Shown: in pieces, positions 7,431 to 17,517 of the stretch
How positions within the stretch are numbered: position 1 is the first letter of the stretch
Layout of the letters: every line of letters starts with the position of its first letter
Assembly: GCA_023228725.1 (NCBI GenBank)
Contig: JALOAQ010000001.1
Span: 1 to 57,099, forward strand
Source of the DNA: Bacteroidales bacterium
GTDB lineage: Bacteria; Bacteroidota; Bacteroidia; Bacteroidales; ML635J-15
Length of the DNA: 57,099 nucleotides
Direction: 5' to 3'
Made by a program: the position numbers and the translations under genes
Notes under the pieces: generated by a model
Databases searched by the model: none
Told to the model about the DNA's origin: nothing
Seen by the model: only the letters and a program-made list of their open reading frames with translations

Positions 7431-9032
7431 TTATTTGTTTTTACCCATTTTTTTTCTGCTTCTTATTACAGTTTGAATACACTCTCGTTGTGCCACAACA
7501 ACAGATAGACCTTTATAGGCTAATTCTTCTTTAATTATTGCTAAATTCTCTTCGTGATGCTTTCTTAAAGGAACTAAAGTTCTTAAATGTTTTGGGTCAA
7601 CACCTAAGCCTTTACAAATATCCACGATTCTATCTTTAGCTGCCGAATCTTGCCCTCCTGTCATTCCTGTAGTAAAATTATCAGAAATTAAAACTAAAAT
7701 AGGAGAATTTTTAATTACTGCCTCCAAAAGTCCTGTCATACCTGAATGGGTAAAAGTTGAATCACCAATTACTGCTACTGCCGGCACTAAACCTGCGTCA
7801 GCGGCTCCTACAGCCATTGTAATTGAAGCACCCATATCAACGCAAGAATTTATAGCATTAAATGGAGGTAAAGCACCCAATGTATAACAACCAATATCAG
7901 CAAAAACTCGCCCTGGTTCGTAATCTTCCAAAGCAATATTTAAAGCATTATAAACATCTCTATGTCCGCAACCTTGACATAATGATGGAGGACGCATTTT
8001 AACAACTTCAGGAATATCTACTCCTTCTACTATGTTAATATCCAAAGCTTTAGCTACAATATTTGGATTTAATTCTCCATCTCTTGGTAAGCTTCCATCT
8101 AATCTACCCATAATTTTAATACCCTCATCAAAAAAGCCCCTTAATTGTTTTTCAACAAATGGATAACCATCTTCCAAAACTAAAATACTTTCGCATTCTT
8201 GTCGCAATTTTTGAATATGATTTTCAGGAATAGGATATTGTGAAACTTTTACAACAGGGTAAGGACATTCGCCATCAAAGTTTTCCATTAAATAATTAAA
8301 ACTTATACCACATGCCACAACGCCAATTTTTTTATTATTCCCATCAATATATTTATTGTAACTCGAATCGTTTGAGGCTTGCTGTATAGAAGTTTGCATT
8401 TCTAAAAGCTTTTTGTAATTTCTACGCGCAATAGCTGGTAAAAGTACAAATTGGCGTGGGTCTTTAGGTAATTTTATTTTTAATTGTTCTTTTTTATCTC
8501 CTAAACTAACGCCAGCACGTGAGTGAGCTAATCTAGTTGTTATTCTAAGTACAACCGGCACATTAAATTTTTCTGAAATTTCAAATCCATTTTTAGCCAT
8601 TTCGTAAGCTTCTTGCTGATTGCTAGGTTCTAAAATTGGCACTAAGGCAAAATCTCCATAAAATCTCGAATCTTGTTCGTTTTGTGAAGAGTGCATTGAT
8701 GGGTCGTCAGCGGCAACAACTATTAAACCTCCATTAACTCCGGTTATTGCAGAGTTTAAAAAAGCATCTGCTGCAACATTCATCCCAACGTGTTTCATTT
8801 GTACCATTGCCCTTTTTCCGGTATAAGACATACCAATTGCGGATTCCATAGCAGTCTTTTCGTTAGTTGACCATTTGCATTGTATCCCTTTTTGAGCAAC
8901 CTCTTTTGATTTTTGAGCATATTCCATAATTTCGGTAGATGGTGTTCCAGGATAAGCATAAAATCCCGAAATCCCGCCGTCTATCGCTCCTTGTGCAATA
9001 GCCTCGTCTCCTAAGAATAGTAATTTTTGCAT
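7431..9032 (-). CDS. iorA: indolepyruvate:ferredoxin oxidoreductase subunit alpha (TPP enzyme)
   Basis: GDEAIAQGA, YPGTPSTEI, CQGCGHR, and the GDSTFTHSG TPP-binding motif. Confidence 0.85.
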   Translation of the reverse strand: MQKLLFLGDEAIAQGAIDGGISGFYAYPGTPSTEIMEYAQKSKEVAQKGIQCKWSTNEKTAMESAIGMSYTGKRAMVQMKHVGMNVAADAFLNSAITGVNGGLIVVAADDPSMHSSQNEQDSRFYGDFALVPILEPSNQQEAYEMAKNGFEISEKFNVPVVLRITTRLAHSRAGVSLGDKKEQLKIKLPKDPRQFVLLPAIARRNYKKLLEMQTSIQQASNDSSYNKYIDGNNKKIGVVACGISFNYLMENFDGECPYPVVKVSQYPIPENHIQKLRQECESILVLEDGYPFVEKQLRGFFDEGIKIMGRLDGSLPRDGELNPNIVAKALDINIVEGVDIPEVVKMRPPSLCQGCGHRDVYNALNIALEDYEPGRVFADIGCYTLGALPPFNAINSCVDMGASITMAVGAADAGLVPAVAVIGDSTFTHSGMTGLLEAVIKNSPILVLISDNFTTGMTGGQDSAAKDRIVDICKGLGVDPKHLRTLVPLRKHHEENLAIIKEELAYKGLSVVVAQRECIQTVIRSRKKMGKNK

Positions 9033-9226
9033 ATTCTAATATTTATTTATTTTCAACAGTACGAAAATAATAATTAATTTATTAAAAATAAAACTTATTG
9101 ACAAGCTATTTTTTAAACATGTTCGTAAAACATAAATTAAACGGAGTTTTTAAAACTATTTAACACTTTGTTATTAAATAAATGATATTTAAAATGCTTT
9201 TTTTATGTAATGATTAAAATATAATT

Positions 9227-9234
9227 TATATTTG
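9227..9234 (+). promoter_or_regulatory. -7 promoter box (TATATTTG)
   Basis: Matches TAnnTTTG, 37 nt upstream of the ATG at 9272. Confidence 0.4.
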
Positions 9235-9271
9235 CATTTGATATTTATTTAATTTATAAGCAAATATAATT

Positions 9272-11455
9272 ATGAAACAGTTTAACCTAAGTACAATCAG
9301 TTTAAAATTGATGTTTTTCATATTTTTAATAGTAATTTCTATTTCAAGCTTTTCTTCTACAAAAACATCCATTAGTAAAAAATGGAAACAAGCAGAAAAT
9401 TTAATACTAAATGAAAAATATTGCGATGCAGGAAAAATCTATATGGAAATATTTGAAAATGAACCTGAAAATTTTAATTGTGCCTATAAGATTGGATATT
9501 GTTTATTAAGTTCCGAAACCGAGCAAGATGTTCAAACAGCTCAATCTTACTTAGAATTAGCTTCAGGAAATATTACTGCGAAATATAAAAACTCTTATTC
9601 CGAAAAAAAAGCTCCTGTAATTTCGTGGTATTATTTAGGTCTTGCATATCGTTTAAATAAAGAATATGATAAAGCTATAGAGGCTTTTAATAAATTTAAA
9701 AAACTAAAAAGAAGAAAAGATAAAAAATTTTTATATTCAATAGATATTAGCAGAGAAATACAAACTTGTAAAGACGCACAAGAATTTTTTGATTACCAAA
9801 GAATGAGTTTAGAAAAAATTAATATAGAAGGACTTGAAGAAGATAATTTGCGTTGCCCTATTTTAGCAAGCAAAGAAAATAGATTGATTTTTACTAAGGG
9901 CAAAAACAATGTTTTTCCTCCAGACATAAATTGGCAAAAATCTAATGACGGGATACAATTAGACCCTGTATATATCGCTATTAGAGACGAAGCAGGAGGA
10001 AGTTTTCATTCTCCAAAATCAATTGAGGAAGATTTGCAAATAAAATATCCACATATCCCGGTTACTACTACCGCTGACGGCTCAGAACTATATTTAATTG
10101 TTGATAAAAATGATAATGGCGATATTTATATGAGTAAATTTGAAAATGGAAAATATCAAGTCGCAAAAAAAGTAAAAGAATTGTGTACTAGAAAATGGGA
10201 ATCACACGCATCTATAACACCTGATGGTTCACGTATTTATTTTACCAGTATGAGAAAAGGTGGATATGGTGGTTTAGATATTTGGTACAGCGATAGAGGC
10301 GATAATGGAAAATGGAAAAAACCTGTGAATATGGGAGACAAAATAAATACTAAATACCACGAAGAAATGCCTTATATCATGAATAATGGAAACGCTTTGT
10401 ATTTTAGTTCTGAAGGACATAATAATTTAGGTGGTTTTGATGTGTTTTATTCTAATTATGATAAGGAATCTAAATCTTGGACTAAAGCTCAAAATCTTGG
10501 CTTTCCATTTAGTACATCCGGAAATGATATGGGATATGTAATTGAAAACGGAAAAGTTTTTGCATTTTGTCCTGTTAACGATAACAAAAGAAGAGAAGGC
10601 GTGGGAAACTGTGATTGCATTTCTATTATACGAGAACTTGTACCCGAATTGGCTGAAATTAAAGGAATAGTGAAATTAAATCCTGAAGACGCTGACAAAT
10701 TAAGACAAACACAAGTTAAACTAATTGATAATAATAATAATAAAGAAATTGCAAGCACTGAAGTTGATGAAGATGGAAAATATGTCTTTAAAAATGTTGA
10801 GAAAGGAAATTATGATATAAGTATTTATATAAATGATGAATACCAAACCTCAGCCCAAATCGAAGTCCCAGAGGAAGGTAAATGGGATATTCTTGTTGAT
10901 GAATTAATTGTAACAATTCAAGAGGATATAGCTGAAACACAAGATGTTGTAGAAGACAAAGAAAATTTAGAAAATCTTACTGATAACGAAAATAAATATG
11001 AAGATAAAGAAGACGATAATATTATTGCTGAAAATATACAAAAGGAAATTGAACCCATTTTATATATTGAAAATATTTTGTTTGATTTTGATAAGTCAAT
11101 AGTTAAATCCCAATATTATTCCGACTTGGATAATTTGGCAAATTGGTTGAAAGACAATCCCAATGCCGAATTAAGAATTTCAGGACGCACTGACCACTAT
11201 GGTAATCTTGAGTATAATATGAAATTAAGTAAAAAAAGATGCGAGAGCGTTCAAAGTTATTTGCTGAATAAAGGTGTAAATAAATCACAGCTCATCATTT
11301 CTTATTATGGAAAATCACAACCACTAACAGTAGAAGTGGATGATGATAATATTAGAAAATTAAATAGATCTGTAGTGTTTGAAATTGTTAAACAAGGAAA
11401 AACTAGCATAGAAGTAAAACCTATTTTAGTGCCTGAAGAATATAAAGTTAAGTAA
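9272..11455 (+). CDS. OmpA-family protein with TPR-like N-terminus and TolB-like beta-propeller repeats
   Basis: Signal peptide; repeated P..S/T.DG..LYF.S motif; acidic linker; C-terminal OmpA domain (ILFDFDKS...L.ISG.TD..G...YN..LS..R...V). Confidence 0.75.
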   Translation: MKQFNLSTISLKLMFFIFLIVISISSFSSTKTSISKKWKQAENLILNEKYCDAGKIYMEIFENEPENFNCAYKIGYCLLSSETEQDVQTAQSYLELASGNITAKYKNSYSEKKAPVISWYYLGLAYRLNKEYDKAIEAFNKFKKLKRRKDKKFLYSIDISREIQTCKDAQEFFDYQRMSLEKINIEGLEEDNLRCPILASKENRLIFTKGKNNVFPPDINWQKSNDGIQLDPVYIAIRDEAGGSFHSPKSIEEDLQIKYPHIPVTTTADGSELYLIVDKNDNGDIYMSKFENGKYQVAKKVKELCTRKWESHASITPDGSRIYFTSMRKGGYGGLDIWYSDRGDNGKWKKPVNMGDKINTKYHEEMPYIMNNGNALYFSSEGHNNLGGFDVFYSNYDKESKSWTKAQNLGFPFSTSGNDMGYVIENGKVFAFCPVNDNKRREGVGNCDCISIIRELVPELAEIKGIVKLNPEDADKLRQTQVKLIDNNNNKEIASTEVDEDGKYVFKNVEKGNYDISIYINDEYQTSAQIEVPEEGKWDILVDELIVTIQEDIAETQDVVEDKENLENLTDNENKYEDKEDDNIIAENIQKEIEPILYIENILFDFDKSIVKSQYYSDLDNLANWLKDNPNAELRISGRTDHYGNLEYNMKLSKKRCESVQSYLLNKGVNKSQLIISYYGKSQPLTVEVDDDNIRKLNRSVVFEIVKQGKTSIEVKPILVPEEYKVK

Positions 11456-11602
11456 ATTATTCAATAATAAAACTTTACTTATTATCTTAGATCACTTTTA
11501 CTAATATAGAGAAAAACATTGGGATAGACCATTAATCTCTTCATGTTTTATAAAAATGAGCTTTCTTAAACTTTCCGTATAGTTTTCTATTGTTTTATTT
11601 AG

Positions 11603-11610
11603 TATTTTTG
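11603..11610 (+). promoter_or_regulatory. -7 promoter box (TATTTTTG) for clpS
   Basis: Matches TAnnTTTG and ends 6 nt before the ATG at 11617. Confidence 0.45.
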
Positions 11611-11616
11611 CAATAT

Positions 11617-11907
11617 ATGAAAGACAATCAAAAAATATTAAAGCCTATAAAACGTGAAGAAATATCACAAGGTTCTGGCACTAATAAAAATCGTCATTTA
11701 ATTTTATACGATGACGATATTAATAGTTTTGATTATGTTATTTCTTGCTTAGTAGAAATTTGCGATCACGACTTTGTGCAAGCCGAGCAATGTGCTTTTA
11801 TTACTCATTTTAAAGGAAAATGTGATGTTAAAAAAGGTGATTATAAATCACTAAAACCTTTGAAACAAAGTCTTGTAGATAAGGGACTTAAAGCATCAAT
11901 AGATTAA
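11617..11907 (+). CDS. clpS: ATP-dependent Clp protease adaptor ClpS
   Basis: LILYDDDINSFDYVI..L..IC.H...QAEQCA...H..G motif. Start moved to the internal ATG because the -7 box lies inside the longer ORF. Confidence 0.85.
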   Translation: MKDNQKILKPIKREEISQGSGTNKNRHLILYDDDINSFDYVISCLVEICDHDFVQAEQCAFITHFKGKCDVKKGDYKSLKPLKQSLVDKGLKASID

Positions 11908-11911
11908 TACA

Positions 11912-11951
11912 AAAAAAAAGCTGTCTAAAAAATATTGACAGCCTTTTTTTT
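11912..11951. terminator. bidirectional intrinsic terminator between clpS and htpG
   Basis: A9-gctgtc-(11 nt)-gacagc-T10. Confidence 0.7.
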
Positions 11952-14020
11952 TATTTTTTAGCTTTTAATAAATCAACACTACGCTGTACGAACTCACTCA
12001 GAGCTTCGCCTTTTAATAAATTATTAGAAAGTAAAGCTAAGTCGAAAAGCTGAGAAATAAGTTTTTGTTTTTTACCAAAATCCTTGTACAAGTTTTGTTT
12101 CTCATTTTCTAATTCAGAAATTTTTGAATCTAAATCTTCAATTTTCTTTTTATCTTCTATTGGCTTATCATCTTCGTTTTTAATCTCTTTGAGTTTATCT
12201 TCTATTAAAGATTTTTCTGAATTTAATTCGCTAAGCTCTGAGTCAATTTCTAAGCGTTTTGAATTATTTTTCTTTTCGAGTTTAGAACTTAAATCAATAA
12301 TAATTTGATGATTTGTATTAATAATTACCTTATAATTGTCAGGCAAATCTCTGTAATATCCTGTGCCACCACTTAGTGCCGACATATCTTTCATTCTTCT
12401 CATAAACTCATCACGAGTAATTAATACAGGTAAATCGTTTCCGCTAATATTTTCAGAACTTACCCAATATTTCATACTGTCGCCAACTACTCCTTGAAAA
12501 GCCCATCTCAAGTTTTCTTGTTCACGATCGCTTAATACAGATTCAATTTTATCTTCTTTCCTAATTAAATTATCAATAATATCAGAATCTACTCTTACAA
12601 AACGTGAATCTTTAAATTTACTTTCTAAAGTATTTATAAAATGAACATCTAACTGCCCATCTAATAAAAGTACATCATAGTTTTTTGATTTTGCAGTTTT
12701 AATATAAGAGAATTGCTCTTCCTTATCAGTTGCATATAAATAAATTAAGTTCTTATCTTTATCAGTTTGTTCAGCTTCTATTTTTGTTTTATATTCCTCA
12801 AAAGTAAAATACTCATCATCTATGTTTTTTAGTAATGAAAATTTTTCTGCACGTTCATAAAATTTTTCGTCTGAAATCATTCCATATTCAATAAACATTT
12901 TTAAATCATCCCATTTAGTTTGAAAATCTTCGCGATTTTCTTTAAAAATATCAAATAATTTATCTGCTACTTTTTTTGTAATATGGCCAGAAATTTTCTT
13001 AACATTTGCATCGCTTTGTAAATAAGAGCGAGAAACATTTAAAGGAATATCAGGTGAATCTAAAACTCCGTGCAATAAGGTTAAAAATTCAGGCACAATA
13101 CCTTCAACAGAATCGGTAACAAAAACTTGATTAGAATATAATTGAATTTTATTTCTATTAATATCTAAATTAGATTTAATTTTTGGAAAATATAAAACTC
13201 CTGTCAAATTAAAAGGATAATCAACATTCAAATGAATATTAAAAAGAGGCTCTTCAAAACTTGCAGGATATAACTCTTGGTAAAAATTTTTATAATCTTC
13301 ATCCTTTAAATCGCTAGGCTTTTGTTTCCACAATGGTTTTGGATTATTTATTATATTATCTTCCTCAGTAGTTTCTTCTTTACCATCTTTCCAAATTGTT
13401 TTTTTACCAAAAGCTATAGGCGTTGGTAAAAATTTACAATATTTATTCAATAATTCCTCTATTTTGTTTTTTTCAAGAAACTCAAGCGACTCTTCATCAA
13501 TATGTAAAATTACATCTGTTCCTATTGTTTCTTTTTCAGTTTCAGAAAGAGTATAAGCAGGATCTCCTTCACACTCCCACTTCACGGCTTTTTCGTTTTC
13601 ACGGTATGATTTTGTTATAATTTCTACTTTTTTCGAAACCATAAACGACGAGTAAAATCCTAAACCAAAATGTCCTATAATTGCGTTTTCAACATTTTTA
13701 TACTTATCTAAAAAGTCGCCGGCACTAGAAAAAGCAATTTGATTTATATACTTTTCTACCTCCTCAGCACTCATACCAATACCATTATCGCGAATAGTTA
13801 ATGTCTTGTTTTCTTTATCAAGTAAAACTTCAACTTTTACATTTTCAGCATCTCCTTTATATTCGCCCGAAAGTGCAAGAGTCCGTAATTTTTGAGTAGC
13901 ATCAACAGCATTAGACACTAATTCTCGCAAAAATATTTCATGGTCAGAATAAAGAAATTTTTTAATAATAGGGAAAATGTTTTCGGTTGTAACTCCAATG
14001 TTTCCTGTTTTTTGTGACAT
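11951..14020 (-). CDS. htpG: molecular chaperone HtpG (Hsp90)
   Basis: FLRELVSNAVDA, IGHFGLGFYSSFMV and an Hsp90 middle domain, plus a charged coiled-coil-like segment near the C-terminus. Confidence 0.95.
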   Translation of the reverse strand: MSQKTGNIGVTTENIFPIIKKFLYSDHEIFLRELVSNAVDATQKLRTLALSGEYKGDAENVKVEVLLDKENKTLTIRDNGIGMSAEEVEKYINQIAFSSAGDFLDKYKNVENAIIGHFGLGFYSSFMVSKKVEIITKSYRENEKAVKWECEGDPAYTLSETEKETIGTDVILHIDEESLEFLEKNKIEELLNKYCKFLPTPIAFGKKTIWKDGKEETTEEDNIINNPKPLWKQKPSDLKDEDYKNFYQELYPASFEEPLFNIHLNVDYPFNLTGVLYFPKIKSNLDINRNKIQLYSNQVFVTDSVEGIVPEFLTLLHGVLDSPDIPLNVSRSYLQSDANVKKISGHITKKVADKLFDIFKENREDFQTKWDDLKMFIEYGMISDEKFYERAEKFSLLKNIDDEYFTFEEYKTKIEAEQTDKDKNLIYLYATDKEEQFSYIKTAKSKNYDVLLLDGQLDVHFINTLESKFKDSRFVRVDSDIIDNLIRKEDKIESVLSDREQENLRWAFQGVVGDSMKYWVSSENISGNDLPVLITRDEFMRRMKDMSALSGGTGYYRDLPDNYKVIINTNHQIIIDLSSKLEKKNNSKRLEIDSELSELNSEKSLIEDKLKEIKNEDDKPIEDKKKIEDLDSKISELENEKQNLYKDFGKKQKLISQLFDLALLSNNLLKGEALSEFVQRSVDLLKAKK

Positions 14021-14101
14021 ATTACATATAATTTATATTTATAACTATGGCTAATTGTCAAACTGTATGCCATCAGAACTTTGCTGACAAAACGTCAGAA
14101 T

Positions 14102-14617
14102 TTACGACAATATGTAGTTGTTTATGATTAAAAATAATATAACAAAAATTATTATGCTTATTACAAAAACTGTTGTATATTTTACACTTCTTTGCTTTTT
14201 CTTTAAGTTATATTCAGAAATAAGACGAGAAATAATAGGATATAATCTTATAAAATATTGAGAATCTTTTTTAACAAATGCTGCTGGTTTAACATTACTG
14301 CTAGTTGCTTTTAACTCAATATTTTCTGAATCGGCAAAAATAATGATTTCTATTTCTTTGTCCATGCTTTTTATAGGAGGAATGAGTTCTAAAGCAGTGC
14401 GTGTATTCATACCTCTACTTGTAATTATATTATCTATTACAACAATTTTAAAATTTTTGTTTTTTTCTTCAGATTTTAATTTATTAATAAACATTTGCAC
14501 AGAGCTAAAAGTTAGTAAATTAAAATTTAGTTTTGGCTTAAAATTTTCTCTAAAATAATCTAATTCATCAGTGTCGTTATCAACAAAATAAAATGTTATA
14601 TTTTTGGTAGATTTCAT
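14102..14617 (-). CDS. receiver (REC)-like domain protein with C-terminal transmembrane anchor
   Basis: FVDNDTDE acidic pocket, VVIDN candidate acceptor Asp, AAFVKKD Lys, then the hydrophobic tail TTVFVISIIIFVILFLIINNYIL. Confidence 0.5.
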   Translation of the reverse strand: MKSTKNITFYFVDNDTDELDYFRENFKPKLNFNLLTFSSVQMFINKLKSEEKNKNFKIVVIDNIITSRGMNTRTALELIPPIKSMDKEIEIIIFADSENIELKATSSNVKPAAFVKKDSQYFIRLYPIISRLISEYNLKKKQRSVKYTTVFVISIIIFVILFLIINNYILS

Positions 14618-14628
14618 TTATTTTTGAT

Positions 14629-15519
14629 TTAAAAACCTTTAGAAACTTTTCTTCGTTTTAAATGATTAATTTTTGGATCTTTTTTAAAATTTATAGCAAT
14701 ATTTGGGTCAATATTTACTTCTAATATCCATTTTCCTCCTTTAAACACTAAGGCATCATAGGAAAAATCAGGGCCATAAAACTCATACATATTTGTAAAT
14801 TTTGGCTCAGGCGGAACTAAATGATCAAGAATTATCATATCTTGTTTTTTATTATATCTCAAAAGCATTGTTACCCTGTCTGCATATTCAAAAACCAACC
14901 TTCCTGTTAGAGTTCTATTGATTTTAAATATTTTTTTTCCAAATATTGGTAAATCTTTTCTGTCAAAATATAATGTTTCTATAACTTTTCTATTTATTAA
15001 AAAATCAGCAGCATCATAGCCTAAAAGTGTGTAATATGTTTTTGAATTCCATTTTTTTGTAATAATTTCATAATAAATTGCACCATACCATTCAGTATTT
15101 GTTTGATATAAGCGTGGCTGATTTTCAGAATTATATTTTTTATCTTCTAAAAAGAACACATTTATTTTTTTTGATGTTTTATATTGTAAAAATCCAAAAT
15201 ATTTAAAACTTCCATCCTGAAAAGCTAAATTCCATGTATAAACTTTTAAAGCTTTATCATCAGAAATTAAAACCGAAAGTTTTTTAATTTTACTGTAATC
15301 TGCCGAAAAAGATTCTGTTTTACCCAAAAAATCTTCTAAATACTCTATCAAATATTGGTTTATTTCTGTTTTTTTTGTGTCCGATTTTTCATTTTCTATT
15401 TGTATAAATAAATCTGCAATAGAGTCAACTTCTTCTATATAAGGGAGTTCTTTAGCATTAGAACTATAAACACTAAACAAAAAAACAAGTAATAATAATA
15501 TTTTAAAAAATATTTTCAT
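14629..15519 (-). CDS. secreted hypothetical protein
   Basis: Signal peptide MKIFFKILLLLVFLFSVYSSNA. No motif recognised. Confidence 0.5.
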   Translation of the reverse strand: MKIFFKILLLLVFLFSVYSSNAKELPYIEEVDSIADLFIQIENEKSDTKKTEINQYLIEYLEDFLGKTESFSADYSKIKKLSVLISDDKALKVYTWNLAFQDGSFKYFGFLQYKTSKKINVFFLEDKKYNSENQPRLYQTNTEWYGAIYYEIITKKWNSKTYYTLLGYDAADFLINRKVIETLYFDRKDLPIFGKKIFKINRTLTGRLVFEYADRVTMLLRYNKKQDMIILDHLVPPEPKFTNMYEFYGPDFSYDALVFKGGKWILEVNIDPNIAINFKKDPKINHLKRRKVSKGF

Positions 15520-15574
15520 TATTTCTCTTTGTAATTAATAACGCAAATATGCAATTTTATTTTCTAAAAACAGA

Positions 15575-16759
15575 TTAAATTTTATTTAAGCTTTCAATAA
15601 TTAGTTTTGAAGCTAACAATATTTCATCATTTGTAATATTTAAAGGAGGAGCAATTCTAAAAGCGGAATCGTGAAAAATAAACCAATCTGTTACAAATCC
15701 GTCTTTTAAGCCTTGTTTTACTAATTTTAAAACCATATTAAAATTTTCAATTTCTACAGCTAACAATAAGCCTTTACCTCTGATTTCCTTAATTTTAGGA
15801 TGTTTTAGGTTTTTTCTAAAAAGATTTTCTTTTTCTTGAATATTTTCTATTATTTTGTTCTCATTCAAATATTTTAGAAAAGCCAAGGCAGCTGCAGCCG
15901 AAACCGGGTGTCCGCCAAAAGTTGTTATATGTCCTAAAATAGGATTAGAAGTAAAACTATGCATAATATTTTTTGGAGCTGCAAAAGCACCAATTGGCAT
16001 GCCACCACCTAAAGCCTTGGCAAAACAAATAATATCAGGTTTAATATCAAAATGTTGAAAACCAAACATTTTACCCGTTCTTCCAAATCCTGTTTGAATT
16101 TCGTCAATAATTAAAAGACTTCCATTTTGCCTACACTTAGCTTCCAATTCCTTAAACCAATTTTTTTCAGGAATAATTATGCCAGCTTCGGCTTGTATAG
16201 GTTCTATTACAACACAAGCTGTATCTTTATCAATTATATTCAAATCTTCATAATTATTTACTCTTAAAATGTAAATTTCAGGCAAAAGCGGACGAAAAGA
16301 ACTTTTAAAGTCTTCGTTTCCACATAAACTTAAAGCAGCATGAGAACTACCATGATAGGCGTTTACAAAAGAACAGATTTTTGTTCTGCCTGTATATCTT
16401 TTTGCAAGTTTTACAGCTCCCTCTATAGCTTCACTCCCACTATTTACAAAATATACAGAATTTATTTCTTTAGGTAAAAGTTTAACAAGATATTCTGCTA
16501 ACTTAACTTGAGGCGACTGGATAAACTCCCCATAAACCATTAAATGTAAGTGTTTTTGCAATTGATTTTCGATTGCGTTTTTAATAGGCTCAAAATTATG
16601 CCCCAAAGCACTAACAGAAACACCGGAAATTAAATCTATATACTTCTTTTTGTCAGGACCTATTAAATATATTCCCTCAGCACTTTCTATTTCTAATAAA
16701 TATGGAGAATCAGAAGTTTGACCAAGATAATTGAGAAATAAATCTCTATTGCTAATCAT
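15575..16759 (-). CDS. class-III PLP-dependent aminotransferase (acetylornithine/ornithine aminotransferase family)
   Basis: VNSGSEAIEGA, DEIQTGFGRTGKMF, and FAKALGGGMPIGA with the PLP lysine. Confidence 0.85.
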   Translation of the reverse strand: MISNRDLFLNYLGQTSDSPYLLEIESAEGIYLIGPDKKKYIDLISGVSVSALGHNFEPIKNAIENQLQKHLHLMVYGEFIQSPQVKLAEYLVKLLPKEINSVYFVNSGSEAIEGAVKLAKRYTGRTKICSFVNAYHGSSHAALSLCGNEDFKSSFRPLLPEIYILRVNNYEDLNIIDKDTACVVIEPIQAEAGIIIPEKNWFKELEAKCRQNGSLLIIDEIQTGFGRTGKMFGFQHFDIKPDIICFAKALGGGMPIGAFAAPKNIMHSFTSNPILGHITTFGGHPVSAAAALAFLKYLNENKIIENIQEKENLFRKNLKHPKIKEIRGKGLLLAVEIENFNMVLKLVKQGLKDGFVTDWFIFHDSAFRIAPPLNITNDEILLASKLIIESLNKI

Positions 16760-17456
16760 TTTGTAATTCTTTGATTTTTATTTTAAGATTTTCTAATGTT
16801 TTTGAGTCAATTTCTATGTTTTCTAAAACAAAATCATTAAAAAACACAATTTTATTATTTGAAATTAAAGATATTTCTTTAAGATTAATTATAAGATTAT
16901 GAGTTAGTTTAAAAGAAAAATTATTTTTTAAAAAATTTTCAAATTTGAATTTTCCGCAAGTTAGAGTATAATTATTTTTTCTTGTTACTAAACTTGTACT
17001 CTTTTCGTTATTTTGAATAAACAGAATATTTGAAAATTTAATTCTTTCATACTTATTTGCAAGTTTTATAAATATTCTATCGGTTTTATCTAATTTAATT
17101 TTATCATGATCTTTTTCAATAATTTTATAAATAGATTTTAAAAACCGAGGAAATTCAATTGGTTTTACGAGATAATCAGAAACTTTATATTCGTAAGTAT
17201 TTAAAGCATATTTTCTATTTCCTGATATTATAATAATTGATGAATCATAATTAGCTTGTCCTAAAAACTCTAATCCACTCATAAGAGGCATTTCAATATC
17301 TAAAAATATTAAATCTATTTGATTATTCTTAATAAAATCCGATACTTCTTTTGGATTGGAAAAACAAGCTTTAAGTTCTAACAAGTCAGATCTGTGAATA
17401 AAACTTGTCAATTGCTTCTGGGTTAATATGTCGTCATCTAAAATTATGCAATTCAT
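16752..17456 (-). CDS. LytTR-family response regulator
   Basis: REC domain (ILDDD, IFLDIEMP, DYLVKP) plus a C-terminal LytTR-like domain. The start at the ATG for MNCIILDDD fits REC domain boundaries. Confidence 0.8.
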   Translation of the reverse strand: MNCIILDDDILTQKQLTSFIHRSDLLELKACFSNPKEVSDFIKNNQIDLIFLDIEMPLMSGLEFLGQANYDSSIIIISGNRKYALNTYEYKVSDYLVKPIEFPRFLKSIYKIIEKDHDKIKLDKTDRIFIKLANKYERIKFSNILFIQNNEKSTSLVTRKNNYTLTCGKFKFENFLKNNFSFKLTHNLIINLKEISLISNNKIVFFNDFVLENIEIDSKTLENLKIKIKELQND

Positions 17457-17517
17457 AAAACTTAGTCTCTGTATATTTTTATACGCAAAAAAAACCAAAT
17501 ATGTTATAAAATTAGGC

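Noticed and set aside
14081-14100. Hairpin ctgacgttttgtcag upstream of htpG as a heat-shock operator
   Set aside because: It is a short 5-bp stem lying directly after the stop of the upstream gene. It has no similarity to CIRCE or other known heat-shock elements, so it is probably a weak terminator.
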